A DNA stretch of 60,366 nt, counting the filler. It is 6 parts of 6 records of this genome, joined end to end, with 100 filler letters (N's around TTAATTAATTAA, not from the genome) between each part and the next. Parts side by side here need not be neighbours in the genome. Positions count along the whole stretch, not along the records: positions 22,622 to 36,232 come from SRR31156797_22334; positions 36,333 to 42,202 come from SRR31156797_22336; 4 more parts are not named here. One strand, 5' to 3'. Made by a program: the position numbers and the translations under genes. The notes under the pieces are model-generated. The model was not told the origin of the DNA. It saw nothing but the letters and a program-made list of their open reading frames with translations, and did no database searches. This document shows positions 31,501-38,744 of the stretch, one piece after another; positions within the stretch are counted from its first letter, which is position 1, and each line of letters begins with the position of its first letter.

Positions 31501-34106
31501 CCTGAAGGACTTGTCAGTTGCAGGTAGAGATCATATGAACTATTTGGCCAGTCAAGCTGTACTTTCAGGTCATTAATGGAATCGTTAATGAGGAAAGAAT
31601 CTTCAAAGGAATCTGAGGAGACATCAGCAAGGGAATCACTGAATGTGTAATCATATGAAGTGAAACCTTCCACGCCATATTCTATCTCAGATACGTCATA
31701 ATCGCTTAATTCCTGGGCTATAGAATTGTATATTTCACTCAGATCTGAACTATCAGGCGTATTATAGTAAGAGCCACCTGTTTCAGATGCAATATGCCTT
31801 AAAAGAGCTTCATCCAAAGAGCTTCCCAGACCTATAGTATATATAGTAATTCCATTTGCGTTTGCAACCGCTACGGCATTAGTACCTTCTGTATCACTAC
31901 CTGCAGTGACTTCACCATCTGTCAGAACTATCATTACTTTACGAGACTCAGAGCGACCGTCGATAAGAAGCTCGTTGGCGTCAGCCATGGCATCACCCAT
32001 AGCCGTCATACCACTGGCAACGAATGGATCAATTGCAGAATCAATTAGATCCTTGTTATAGAAGTTATTCAACAATGTCAATTCTAGATCCTTAGTACTA
32101 GTGCCACTGTAAGAAACTATACCTACCTGGGCATTTGACACAAGGTTGTCCTTGAAAGCTTTTGCAGCATCCTTGGCATCTGTCAATGGCTGTTCAGGGT
32201 CAGAACCATCATCATTCATACTTCCGGAACGATCAATCACCAGAACAACATCAAGAGGAGAACCTGCATAATAATCAGGGTCCATACTCCCCGAGCGGTC
32301 AAGGACAAGCATTGCACTTGCAGCGGGCCTTGTTATGGGAAGCTCACCCTCCACTGATATAATAGTTGTAATATTTACAGTAGAGCCGGAATTCACCGTC
32401 GATGGAGTGATATTCAAGCTAACGCTTAAAAAAGGTTCGTCTTTTACGCTGATATTTGTGAAACTGCTGACATTAGCACTTGTAGCAACAACAGATGTGT
32501 TTCCTGAGACATTTCCTGTGAAAACTCCGTATATACGGCCTTCTGAATCGGTTGTAGCATTGATAATATCAGTTGAATTTACTCCGTTGATTGTTAGTGT
32601 ACCCACACTGGTATTTGTGTTGACAAAAGTTACATTGATGTCCGACAGGGAGTGACCCCATTCATCCAGCGCAACCAGTGTGATGTCTGATTCATGGTTT
32701 CCGCTTAAATTCTGGGACAAAACAGTGTCCGGCATGGAATATAGATCCATGAAATCAAGGGATCCCGCAACAAAATCAAGTGTGGTGCTGTTGCTAAAGC
32801 TGGTATAACCCGACTCGTTTATGAAAGTTGCAGTTATTGAAAGTGATTCTATGTAAGGAGTAGGACCTGCAACAATATTAGCACGGCCCTGACTGTTCAA
32901 GGGCACAAGTACCATATCACCGCTGTCTGTTAGAAAACTTACCTGTTCATTAATGGGAGTTGTAAGTGGAAATATTGGATTACTAAATTGATCGATCGGC
33001 CTGCCAGACAATACATAAGAATCCTCATTGTTTGCAATGGCATACTCGGGGCTATAACTCAGAAGAAGGTTGTCTATGTTATCTGCCAGTCCTTCTATAG
33101 TGACATTTAGAGAAAGTGAAGTGTCCTCAACACTGATACTGATGATATTGTCACCTGCTCTTTTGTCAGTGGTAAATAAGTTGGAAAACTTGCCAGTTGA
33201 ATCAGTTGTTCCGTTATAGAAATCCAGGGAAGCTGAATTAAAAACAGTGGGACTGTTGTAGATAGTATTTTCCGGGGTTGTGATGTTAAAAGTCAGATTT
33301 GCATTTTCAATTGGATTTTCATAGGCATCCATGACACTGACATGTAAACCGGAACTTGTGTTTACGGTGTAATCGTCATTGTAGACAACCCTCATTAAAC
33401 CGGGTGATCCTGAAGTTATATTCAGATAAGTTATGTTATATGCTGATCCTGCAGTAGAGTTTATTGAAACATTACCGGCGACAGTTGAATTGAACAACAG
33501 CACATTGCTGGCTGAAGGGACTTTGGTATCTGTAATAACGGAACTTGTACTGTTTACTTCTAAAAGCGTGATATTGCCTGAAGAGAATGAAAGTTCAATT
33601 TCAGGGAGTACGCTGCCAAGCAAGTCCGTAATAGTGATTGAGAGGTTTATGGTCTCGCTCGTGTTAGTATTTCCAAAGGCATCAATTGCAGAAAAAGTAA
33701 TGTTTCTAATATTTCCTGCGGTATTAACAGAGGTATTTGGGTTCGCAATAATAGAGGATATCTCTGCAGGATGGAAAGTTACACCAGTAGTGTTGTATGA
33801 AGCTCCTGAACTTGCATTTATCTGAGCCGTGCCTGCAACAGTAGAATTTAACAAAATTTCTGCAATACCTGACAGGTTTGTATAGGCAGAATTATTACTA
33901 AGTGTTCCAAAGTCTGTTGTAAAATTGACCAGCGTGTTATTCAGGGGAGTTGCATTGGTGTCAGTAAGCAATACAGTTATGTTGACTGCTTCACCTGCAG
34001 TACTTTCTGAATCCACTGAAAGATAATCAACATTTATTGCCTGGGATGAAATTGAAAAAATAATAAAAAAAAGGCTTGCAGCGATTAGTTTTTTTGAGCG
34101 GAACAT
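28551..34106 (-). CDS. Giant secreted surface protein: Ig-like (invasin-type) repeats, two vWA domains, WDGSSW beta-propeller
   Basis: Signal peptide ending SQA; Big-like motifs (VNFTTDFGTL, TN.SG.A); two DRSGS MIDAS motifs and two TDG motifs; eight W(D/N)G..W repeats; heavy N-glycosylation sequons. Confidence 0.85.
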   Translation of the reverse strand: MFRSKKLIAASLFFIIFSISSQAINVDYLSVDSESTAGEAVNITVLLTDTNATPLNNTLVNFTTDFGTLSNNSAYTNLSGIAEILLNSTVAGTAQINASSGASYNTTGVTFHPAEISSIIANPNTSVNTAGNIRNITFSAIDAFGNTNTSETINLSITITDLLGSVLPEIELSFSSGNITLLEVNSTSSVITDTKVPSASNVLLFNSTVAGNVSINSTAGSAYNITYLNITSGSPGLMRVVYNDDYTVNTSSGLHVSVMDAYENPIENANLTFNITTPENTIYNSPTVFNSASLDFYNGTTDSTGKFSNLFTTDKRAGDNIISISVEDTSLSLNVTIEGLADNIDNLLLSYSPEYAIANNEDSYVLSGRPIDQFSNPIFPLTTPINEQVSFLTDSGDMVLVPLNSQGRANIVAGPTPYIESLSITATFINESGYTSFSNSTTLDFVAGSLDFMDLYSMPDTVLSQNLSGNHESDITLVALDEWGHSLSDINVTFVNTNTSVGTLTINGVNSTDIINATTDSEGRIYGVFTGNVSGNTSVVATSANVSSFTNISVKDEPFLSVSLNITPSTVNSGSTVNITTIISVEGELPITRPAASAMLVLDRSGSMDPDYYAGSPLDVVLVIDRSGSMNDDGSDPEQPLTDAKDAAKAFKDNLVSNAQVGIVSYSGTSTKDLELTLLNNFYNKDLIDSAIDPFVASGMTAMGDAMADANELLIDGRSESRKVMIVLTDGEVTAGSDTEGTNAVAVANANGITIYTIGLGSSLDEALLRHIASETGGSYYNTPDSSDLSEIYNSIAQELSDYDVSEIEYGVEGFTSYDYTFSDSLADVSSDSFEDSFLINDSINDLKVQLDWPNSSYDLYLQLTSPSGDVYGLNNNTTGYYPGNTSEYVWIQPLSYLYPDNDTDSVETGNWTVKITGSGTGSADFDITTYIDKKSAVQVSSHAFISSFDESGGDKAGLALYSFEDVILSDSQTSYLLDNSTWVGYFTTQSDGYYTFNVSWNDTSFMDVYLYDGIDVVSSSNGTGLCEVSYTLLADETYYLNVVKGSSSGNDTQFTINAFTSEIDTVMTAYYDSSGGGGTPKLRTWNGIEWSDEDSANYVGGSPYHVVLESNPFDSEIIMATSDSNYDVNVQIWDGSSWGSVSQFTGSLDSYGTRGFDIKYEQASGDAVIAYMDMGINDGVPRYRVWDGSSWSSDNAVDSSSPGAGDVRWVLLETSPDSDEMVLVTLDDQRDMRAQVWDGSSWGNTIFITNDARATGYQCFDVAYEQGTGRAIVSWADMGTGEVMYKIWDGSSWASSTTMYTPDERVYWIKMEADPYSDDILFAALDRDYDIHVNSWDGSSWGTPEEIETSVYEYSRRSVDIAFEQSSGDGLVVWGESNSIPNYCTWNGSSFSSASTASDLGGSGYTRWVKLSPDPDSDNIFLMTSDGNSDINIQLWDGSLWSIVTEVETSSTRYYECFDMIFSDANSSATSTPVLWNEWTASVTSTMENDSLSHLENAIDTITADGLTAIDEGLYVANNELSSVEGNSTIVIMTDGMDNSGYHSLLQEAYNAKDNNTVIYTVGFGSNESEVDPMLEEIANITGGEYYFAPNSSVLEDIFIGIASQITNFSADGPVLDLHIPYNYITSLSVAKATYITNSSNSTTGNLTVFNEPTDPALGNAEPDINTSGNASILEWQLPNMGAGDKWGIWYQMRIDGAGYVPIIMPTSTVTYTDLSGENITVYVPSGGSASLGGGGGAGVLSYSLGNLALSPDRTVMPIAGKTNIGLTLSDIMGNSSFAYVHLYSSIGYFGNHENPINVTVVGSDTVEFSSIAAGKASITAYAYNVNNVSDVLVSEETIFVRPKGTISIC

Positions 34107-34328
34107 GGAAATACCTCGATGTGACCCTGAGAAGTTTTTGGCGAATGAATAATAGTCATGTGGTAATTATTATATTATAGATTAATATACAAACACTCAT
34201 ATAAGTCACTTACTCTAGAAGTGAAAAACTAGTTCCAAACTTTTTCAGAAACATGTGCATTTGTTCAAACGTACAAGTATTCTTGGCAAATGTGAGCAAC
34301 AGCTGCAAAACCATTTTAACAAATGTTT

Positions 34329-34337
34329 TTTATATTA
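34329..34337 (+). promoter_or_regulatory. TATA box of pilin cassette 2 (probably leaderless transcript)
   Basis: TTTATATTA starting 30 nt before ATG 34359, as in cassette 1. Confidence 0.6.
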
Positions 34338-34358
34338 CGTCTGTTATATATACACAGG

Positions 34359-35339
34359 ATGGTCGATGACGAGGGACAAATAGCAGTTGATTTTCTGCTA
34401 GGCATATCATTATTCCTTATTGCACTTATGTTCACTGTACAGTTCATCCCGGGTATGTTCATGGCAGGATCAGCAAGAGAAGGCAGTCTTGACTATACAG
34501 CATACCGTACAGCCACCATCCTTACAGAAGATACCGGCTGGTGGGGAAACAGTACAAGTAGTGGAACAGACTGGGAATCACACACCGGTGATGACATAAA
34601 GAGAATCGGGCTTGCAGTCGATGACAACACGAATTCCAGACTTACCAATTACCCGAACATCCTATCAAAAAACAAAACCATACAATTAATGAGTATCAAT
34701 GAAACCGAGCTAATAGAGGCACTTGGACTATACAATAATGTAGATGATACACATTTTTCCTATGGATACAATATATCTATTACTAAAAATGGAACTCCTC
34801 TGATACTGGACGGTACAAGTATTATGCTGGGAGATCCGGTTCCTGATGACAGGGAAGTGACAAAAATTTCCCGAGTGGTACTTGTAGAGACCGGCAAAAT
34901 GGCTCTCTATGACTCGGATAAGCTACCTGCTATCGGAACTCACTACACCCAAATCAATCTCACTGGACCATGGAACGATAACGTTACATTTTCCATAATA
35001 AATTTAAATTTTACTGGAAATAGCACAACACAGTTCAAGAAAATGATAGTAGATAGTCCACCAGCACTTACAGAAGGAGAGGATTATTCTGTCAAAAAAA
35101 TCCTTCCTAATGGTACTATTACAGAGGTTGGGGTCACCGGATATATAGATGATACCGACATTGTTGTATTTGACATATATAATAAAGGCTTTTTTGCAGG
35201 AAACCAAACCCATTTAATAGAATTACAGTTCACTAATGATGTTGAGTTCAATCCAACTATATTAATCAACCCGGAATACAAGAATTTCATTGAGACATAC
35301 TATGAACCATGCCACCTCACTGTGGAGGTGTGGTACTGA
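34359..35339 (+). CDS. Archaeal pilin-like protein, cassette gene A paralog
   Basis: MVDDEG/QIAVDFLLG; start reassigned by homology to the 24987 gene. Confidence 0.75.
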   Translation: MVDDEGQIAVDFLLGISLFLIALMFTVQFIPGMFMAGSAREGSLDYTAYRTATILTEDTGWWGNSTSSGTDWESHTGDDIKRIGLAVDDNTNSRLTNYPNILSKNKTIQLMSINETELIEALGLYNNVDDTHFSYGYNISITKNGTPLILDGTSIMLGDPVPDDREVTKISRVVLVETGKMALYDSDKLPAIGTHYTQINLTGPWNDNVTFSIINLNFTGNSTTQFKKMIVDSPPALTEGEDYSVKKILPNGTITEVGVTGYIDDTDIVVFDIYNKGFFAGNQTHLIELQFTNDVEFNPTILINPEYKNFIETYYEPCHLTVEVWY

Positions 35340-35851
35340 ACAATAAAGCCCAGCTGCACACTCTGGAAGGACTGATTGCCGCAGTATTGATGACAGTGAC
35401 AGTACTTGCTATCACACAGAGTAGTGCCATGGTAACCCCACAGAATGAACTGGCCATCGATGTCCAGCTGGAACAGATAAGCTCAGACACATTGAGAGTT
35501 ATTGATATTGCGCCAGAATCATCAACTATCCGTAATAATCTTACTAAATGTGTTGCAAGCTGGAATGGAACAGAAGCCAGTTATCCTTATGACAATCTGG
35601 AACTGCTGGAGATCAATATTAAAAACCTGATGCCGGACTTACTCTATAACGTGGATTTTGCCTATGTTGAAAATGATGACCTAGAGGTAAGGAAAGCAAT
35701 AATCAACGGACAACCTGCAGACAATGCAGTTGTTGTAAGGCATTTTGTAACGCTCACAAATGAAACAGTCCAGACCATGAATGGAAGCTGGTCCCTGGCA
35801 GACGATGAGATACAGGTTGTAGAGGTGAGGATGACAACATGGAAAGTCTGA
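35336..35851 (+). CDS. Archaeal pilin-like protein, cassette gene B paralog (probable CTG start)
   Basis: (L/M)NNKA/QLHTLEG; SD GGAGGTG 5 nt upstream of a CTG in the position of the paralog's ATG. Confidence 0.7.
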   Translation: MNNKAQLHTLEGLIAAVLMTVTVLAITQSSAMVTPQNELAIDVQLEQISSDTLRVIDIAPESSTIRNNLTKCVASWNGTEASYPYDNLELLEINIKNLMPDLLYNVDFAYVENDDLEVRKAIINGQPADNAVVVRHFVTLTNETVQTMNGSWSLADDEIQVVEVRMTTWKV

Positions 35852-36232
35852 GAAAAGATACAAGGGGACAATGGATAGCACTATCCGCACTGGTTATATC
35901 ACTCATACTGCTTGGTCTTGCAGCACTGGCCAACCAGGCAGTAGTAGCAGGATACCACTCGTCCAATGCCGTACTTGAGTTTCCAAAGGAAAATATTCGC
36001 GAATTGAATCTGCATACAAGGGACAATGCAGATATATTAAACAATCTGGCAATTGAAATTAACAATAGCACAAGTAATGATACTGTGCCTGTGATATTCA
36101 GCCGGTTATTTGACAATTACAGTTCCCAGATGAAAATCCTGTATGCAGCACACGGAGAAACTGTTGATGTAAAGCTGGTGAACATTAATTCAACCAATGC
36201 AACATACAGCGGCAGCAACATTAGTACGATTT
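35839..36232 (+). CDS. Archaeal pilin-like protein, cassette gene C paralog, 3'-truncated
   Basis: DTRG/QWIALSA; ANQAV.AGYHSSNA.LEFPKENIREL matches the 26440 gene. Confidence 0.75.
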
Positions 36233-36332
36233 NNNNNNNNNNNNNNNNNNNNNNNNNNNNNNNNNNNNNNNNNNNNTTAATTAATTAANNNNNNNNNNNN
36301 NNNNNNNNNNNNNNNNNNNNNNNNNNNNNNNN
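36233..36332. other. Artificial contig spacer
   Basis: N-run with TTAATTAATTAA. Confidence 0.99.
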
Positions 36333-36686
36333 GCTCTTAAGTCAGGAAACGAGAAGATCCTCAGAGACCTCCTCATGGCTTCCGACAGGTTCAGAGACCC
36401 ACAGTCCTACATACTTGCATACGACAACGCATACAAGGTAGGAGAGGCAATCGTAAAGGACGGAGACGACATTTTCCTCCGTGCAAAGAACGCTGGAATG
36501 GAATGCTGCAACATCCTGAACAACTCAGAAGGTCTCGACATGACAAAGTTCGAGCTCGGTGCACTCTCAAAGGCAACCGAAGCACTTGCTGGACTCACAG
36601 ACGATTCCGAGAAGTTCATGAGCGACTGCATGGAGAAGTACTCCGCAGAAGTACCAGTATTCAAGCCAGAGAACTACGGTCTCTAA
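36333..36686 (+). CDS. mtaB: Methanol:corrinoid methyltransferase, C-terminal fragment
   Basis: SDRFRDPQSYILAYDNAYKVGEAIVK.G.DI.LRAKNA...FKPENYG matches the MtaB C-terminus. Confidence 0.9.
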   Translation, partial: ALKSGNEKILRDLLMASDRFRDPQSYILAYDNAYKVGEAIVKDGDDIFLRAKNAGMECCNILNNSEGLDMTKFELGALSKATEALAGLTDDSEKFMSDCMEKYSAEVPVFKPENYGL

Positions 36687-36700
36687 ATTTAGTATCAAGG

Positions 36701-36730
36701 AGTTTTTCTTCGGAAAAACTTCTTTCTTTT
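36701..36730 (+). terminator. Terminator after mtaB
   Basis: AGTTTTTC-TTCG-GAAAAACT hairpin (cUUCGg loop) followed by a T-rich tract. Confidence 0.75.
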
Positions 36731-36803
36731 ATTTATTCAAAAACAGATATCACAATTATCAATTCAACCATCACTTCAAACTTAACTCCACAATAAAAAT
36801 CAT

Positions 36804-36903
36804 AGGCTTTACAGAAAAAACGGGGTCACAACGCCATCAATTCTACCTCCAACTCCACAACCTTCATTTCATGGCATGTGCGCAAACTTCCCCTGTAAAG
36901 CCT
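36804..36903. repeat. 100-bp element with perfect 11-bp terminal inverted repeats
   Basis: AGGCTTTACAG ... CTGTAAAGCCT. Confidence 0.6.
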
Positions 36904-36936
36904 TTGAAACTTTCATTCTTCTATGTTTTTTAGTAA

Positions 36937-37203
36937 GCTCTGTAGAATATCTTGTTAATTGTAACAAAAGTACAGGGAACAATAATTTTGACTAATCGTA
37001 AGTCATGAATTACTTAAATCATCCCGGAGGGTCCGGCAGAGCTGGCACGATCCGAAAAGCTGTATTAAATAATCTGTTGCTTTCAACTTTTTTCTGCATA
37101 CCGGTAATTAAAAGCCGCGATGGATCTCATTAAATTGATAGTTCTCAATTGCTAAAGACATGCAGAATCTCATGATCCCTTCAAATAATGATTTCTACAG
37201 AGC
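36937..37203 (-). mobile_element. MITE-like element, copy D (internally deleted)
   Basis: GCTCTGTAGAA...TTCTACAGAGC ends; CCCGGAGGGTCCGGCAGAGCTGGCACGA and AATCTGTTGCTTTCAACT cores. Confidence 0.8.
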
Positions 37204-37400
37204 AACTATTTCTTCTGTTTTTGAATAGTATTCCTTGTTTTTCTCTTTGTTCTTAATGGAAAATTACAAAATATGCTTTTGTATATGTATTTCATTCCTC
37301 GCAGGGATTTTATAGTGGTATTGTAATCATTTAGAAATTCTTCAGGTATACCTGACAAGTTTAAGTAATTAAAAAAGTGGTGATGGCAATGTCAGGAGAA

Positions 37401-38438
37401 TCAAATCTCCTGCCATCCCATTTCAGATAATGTTTCTGCGTTGCTGTAATGTACTTCAAGGCTGTATTGACACATACTGTCGTTTAAACTTACAGAACTA
37501 ATATCTGATACTTCTATTCCGTAGACTGTGCTGAAATATGCAACTAGAAGTTCATCCTCAGTTGGTTCTTTCAGGAATTTAATATCTCCTTCGGTGTACC
37601 AGAGTTGCCATTGTGTCTGATCACAATACATTTGCTCGGATTGCATCTCTACAATTGCATTCAGCATAGCCTGATAAACTTCATCCCATGTGTCATCTAT
37701 AACAGCCGATATGACTTCTCCATTGTATAATGTGATTTCTATGGAATGATTGGTAGTAACCTGCGAGGTAATATTGTCTGATCTGTCGCCATAGCCGCTT
37801 TGATTGCTGACAAAAGAATATGTAAGAATCTGTTCTTCAGGGTGGTCTTCAGTGACCTGATAATCCTGTAACTCAAGTACAGAACCGTCAAAGCTGTATG
37901 TTGGTGAATTTACTATCCATTCTTCTGCTATAGCCTTCGCTTCATCCTCAGGGAGACTCATGGCGTAACGTCTTAATTCGTTGAGTTTTTCATCTATTTC
38001 CCTGAGGCCATCTGGCATGTATTCCTGTGAATATGGGTTTACAGTGACTTTTTTTGTCCTTCCTTCCTGAGCAACTGATATTTCTACCGTTCCTGTATCA
38101 GCAACAATTGGCTGGCCTTCAAGTGGTTCATAAAAACTACTCATTCTCATGAACTCATTGTTCTCAAAGAGTTGCAGCAGATTGTCGTACATCTCTTCAT
38201 CAATGGATCGGGTATGTCTGTCTGTGAGCTCATCCTCATAAGTGTAATAACTTAGTGTAATATCTGTGGAATTGATTATCAGTTCCTGTACTGCCATTTC
38301 CGGCAATGTAAAAGCACCATATGAAAGGTGAGTGATGACAGAATCACTTGAAATTTCAGTTGGTATCTCTTGTTTTTCTGTACACCCTGCACATAGAATT
38401 ACAAGTGACAGAAATAAAATCATTAATTTTTTCTTCAT
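37401..38438 (-). CDS. Archaeal lipoprotein, unknown function
   Basis: MKKKLMILFLSLVILCAGC lipobox; acidic composition. Confidence 0.75.
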   Translation of the reverse strand: MKKKLMILFLSLVILCAGCTEKQEIPTEISSDSVITHLSYGAFTLPEMAVQELIINSTDITLSYYTYEDELTDRHTRSIDEEMYDNLLQLFENNEFMRMSSFYEPLEGQPIVADTGTVEISVAQEGRTKKVTVNPYSQEYMPDGLREIDEKLNELRRYAMSLPEDEAKAIAEEWIVNSPTYSFDGSVLELQDYQVTEDHPEEQILTYSFVSNQSGYGDRSDNITSQVTTNHSIEITLYNGEVISAVIDDTWDEVYQAMLNAIVEMQSEQMYCDQTQWQLWYTEGDIKFLKEPTEDELLVAYFSTVYGIEVSDISSVSLNDSMCQYSLEVHYSNAETLSEMGWQEI

Positions 38439-38744
38439 GTATTTTCTCCCCAATTAATAACTGAGTTTAGTCTATTTCTCTTTTTGGTAATGTCCCATAA
38501 CTAGTAGCTTATTCATGGAGATTAATTTATTAAATAGTTGCTTTAGCTTCAAACTGATTTGTAGTAATTAATTGAACACTCACATAGTATATTTTTTAAT
38601 ATATGATGTTTGATACAAAAAATTATATGCTGGTCAATGGTACATTTGTAAATAGTGACCCATACATCAATTTCATCTAAACACGTTAAGTTGTTGATTT
38701 GAAAAACAAAAAAGTAAAATATCTTTACTTAAGCAAACTATCGT

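Noticed and set aside
22622-36232. Diversity-generating retroelement or invertase-driven shuffling of the pilin cassettes
   Set aside because: No reverse transcriptase, recombinase or near-identical template/variable repeat pair seen; paralogs differ at many synonymous sites, indicating old duplication
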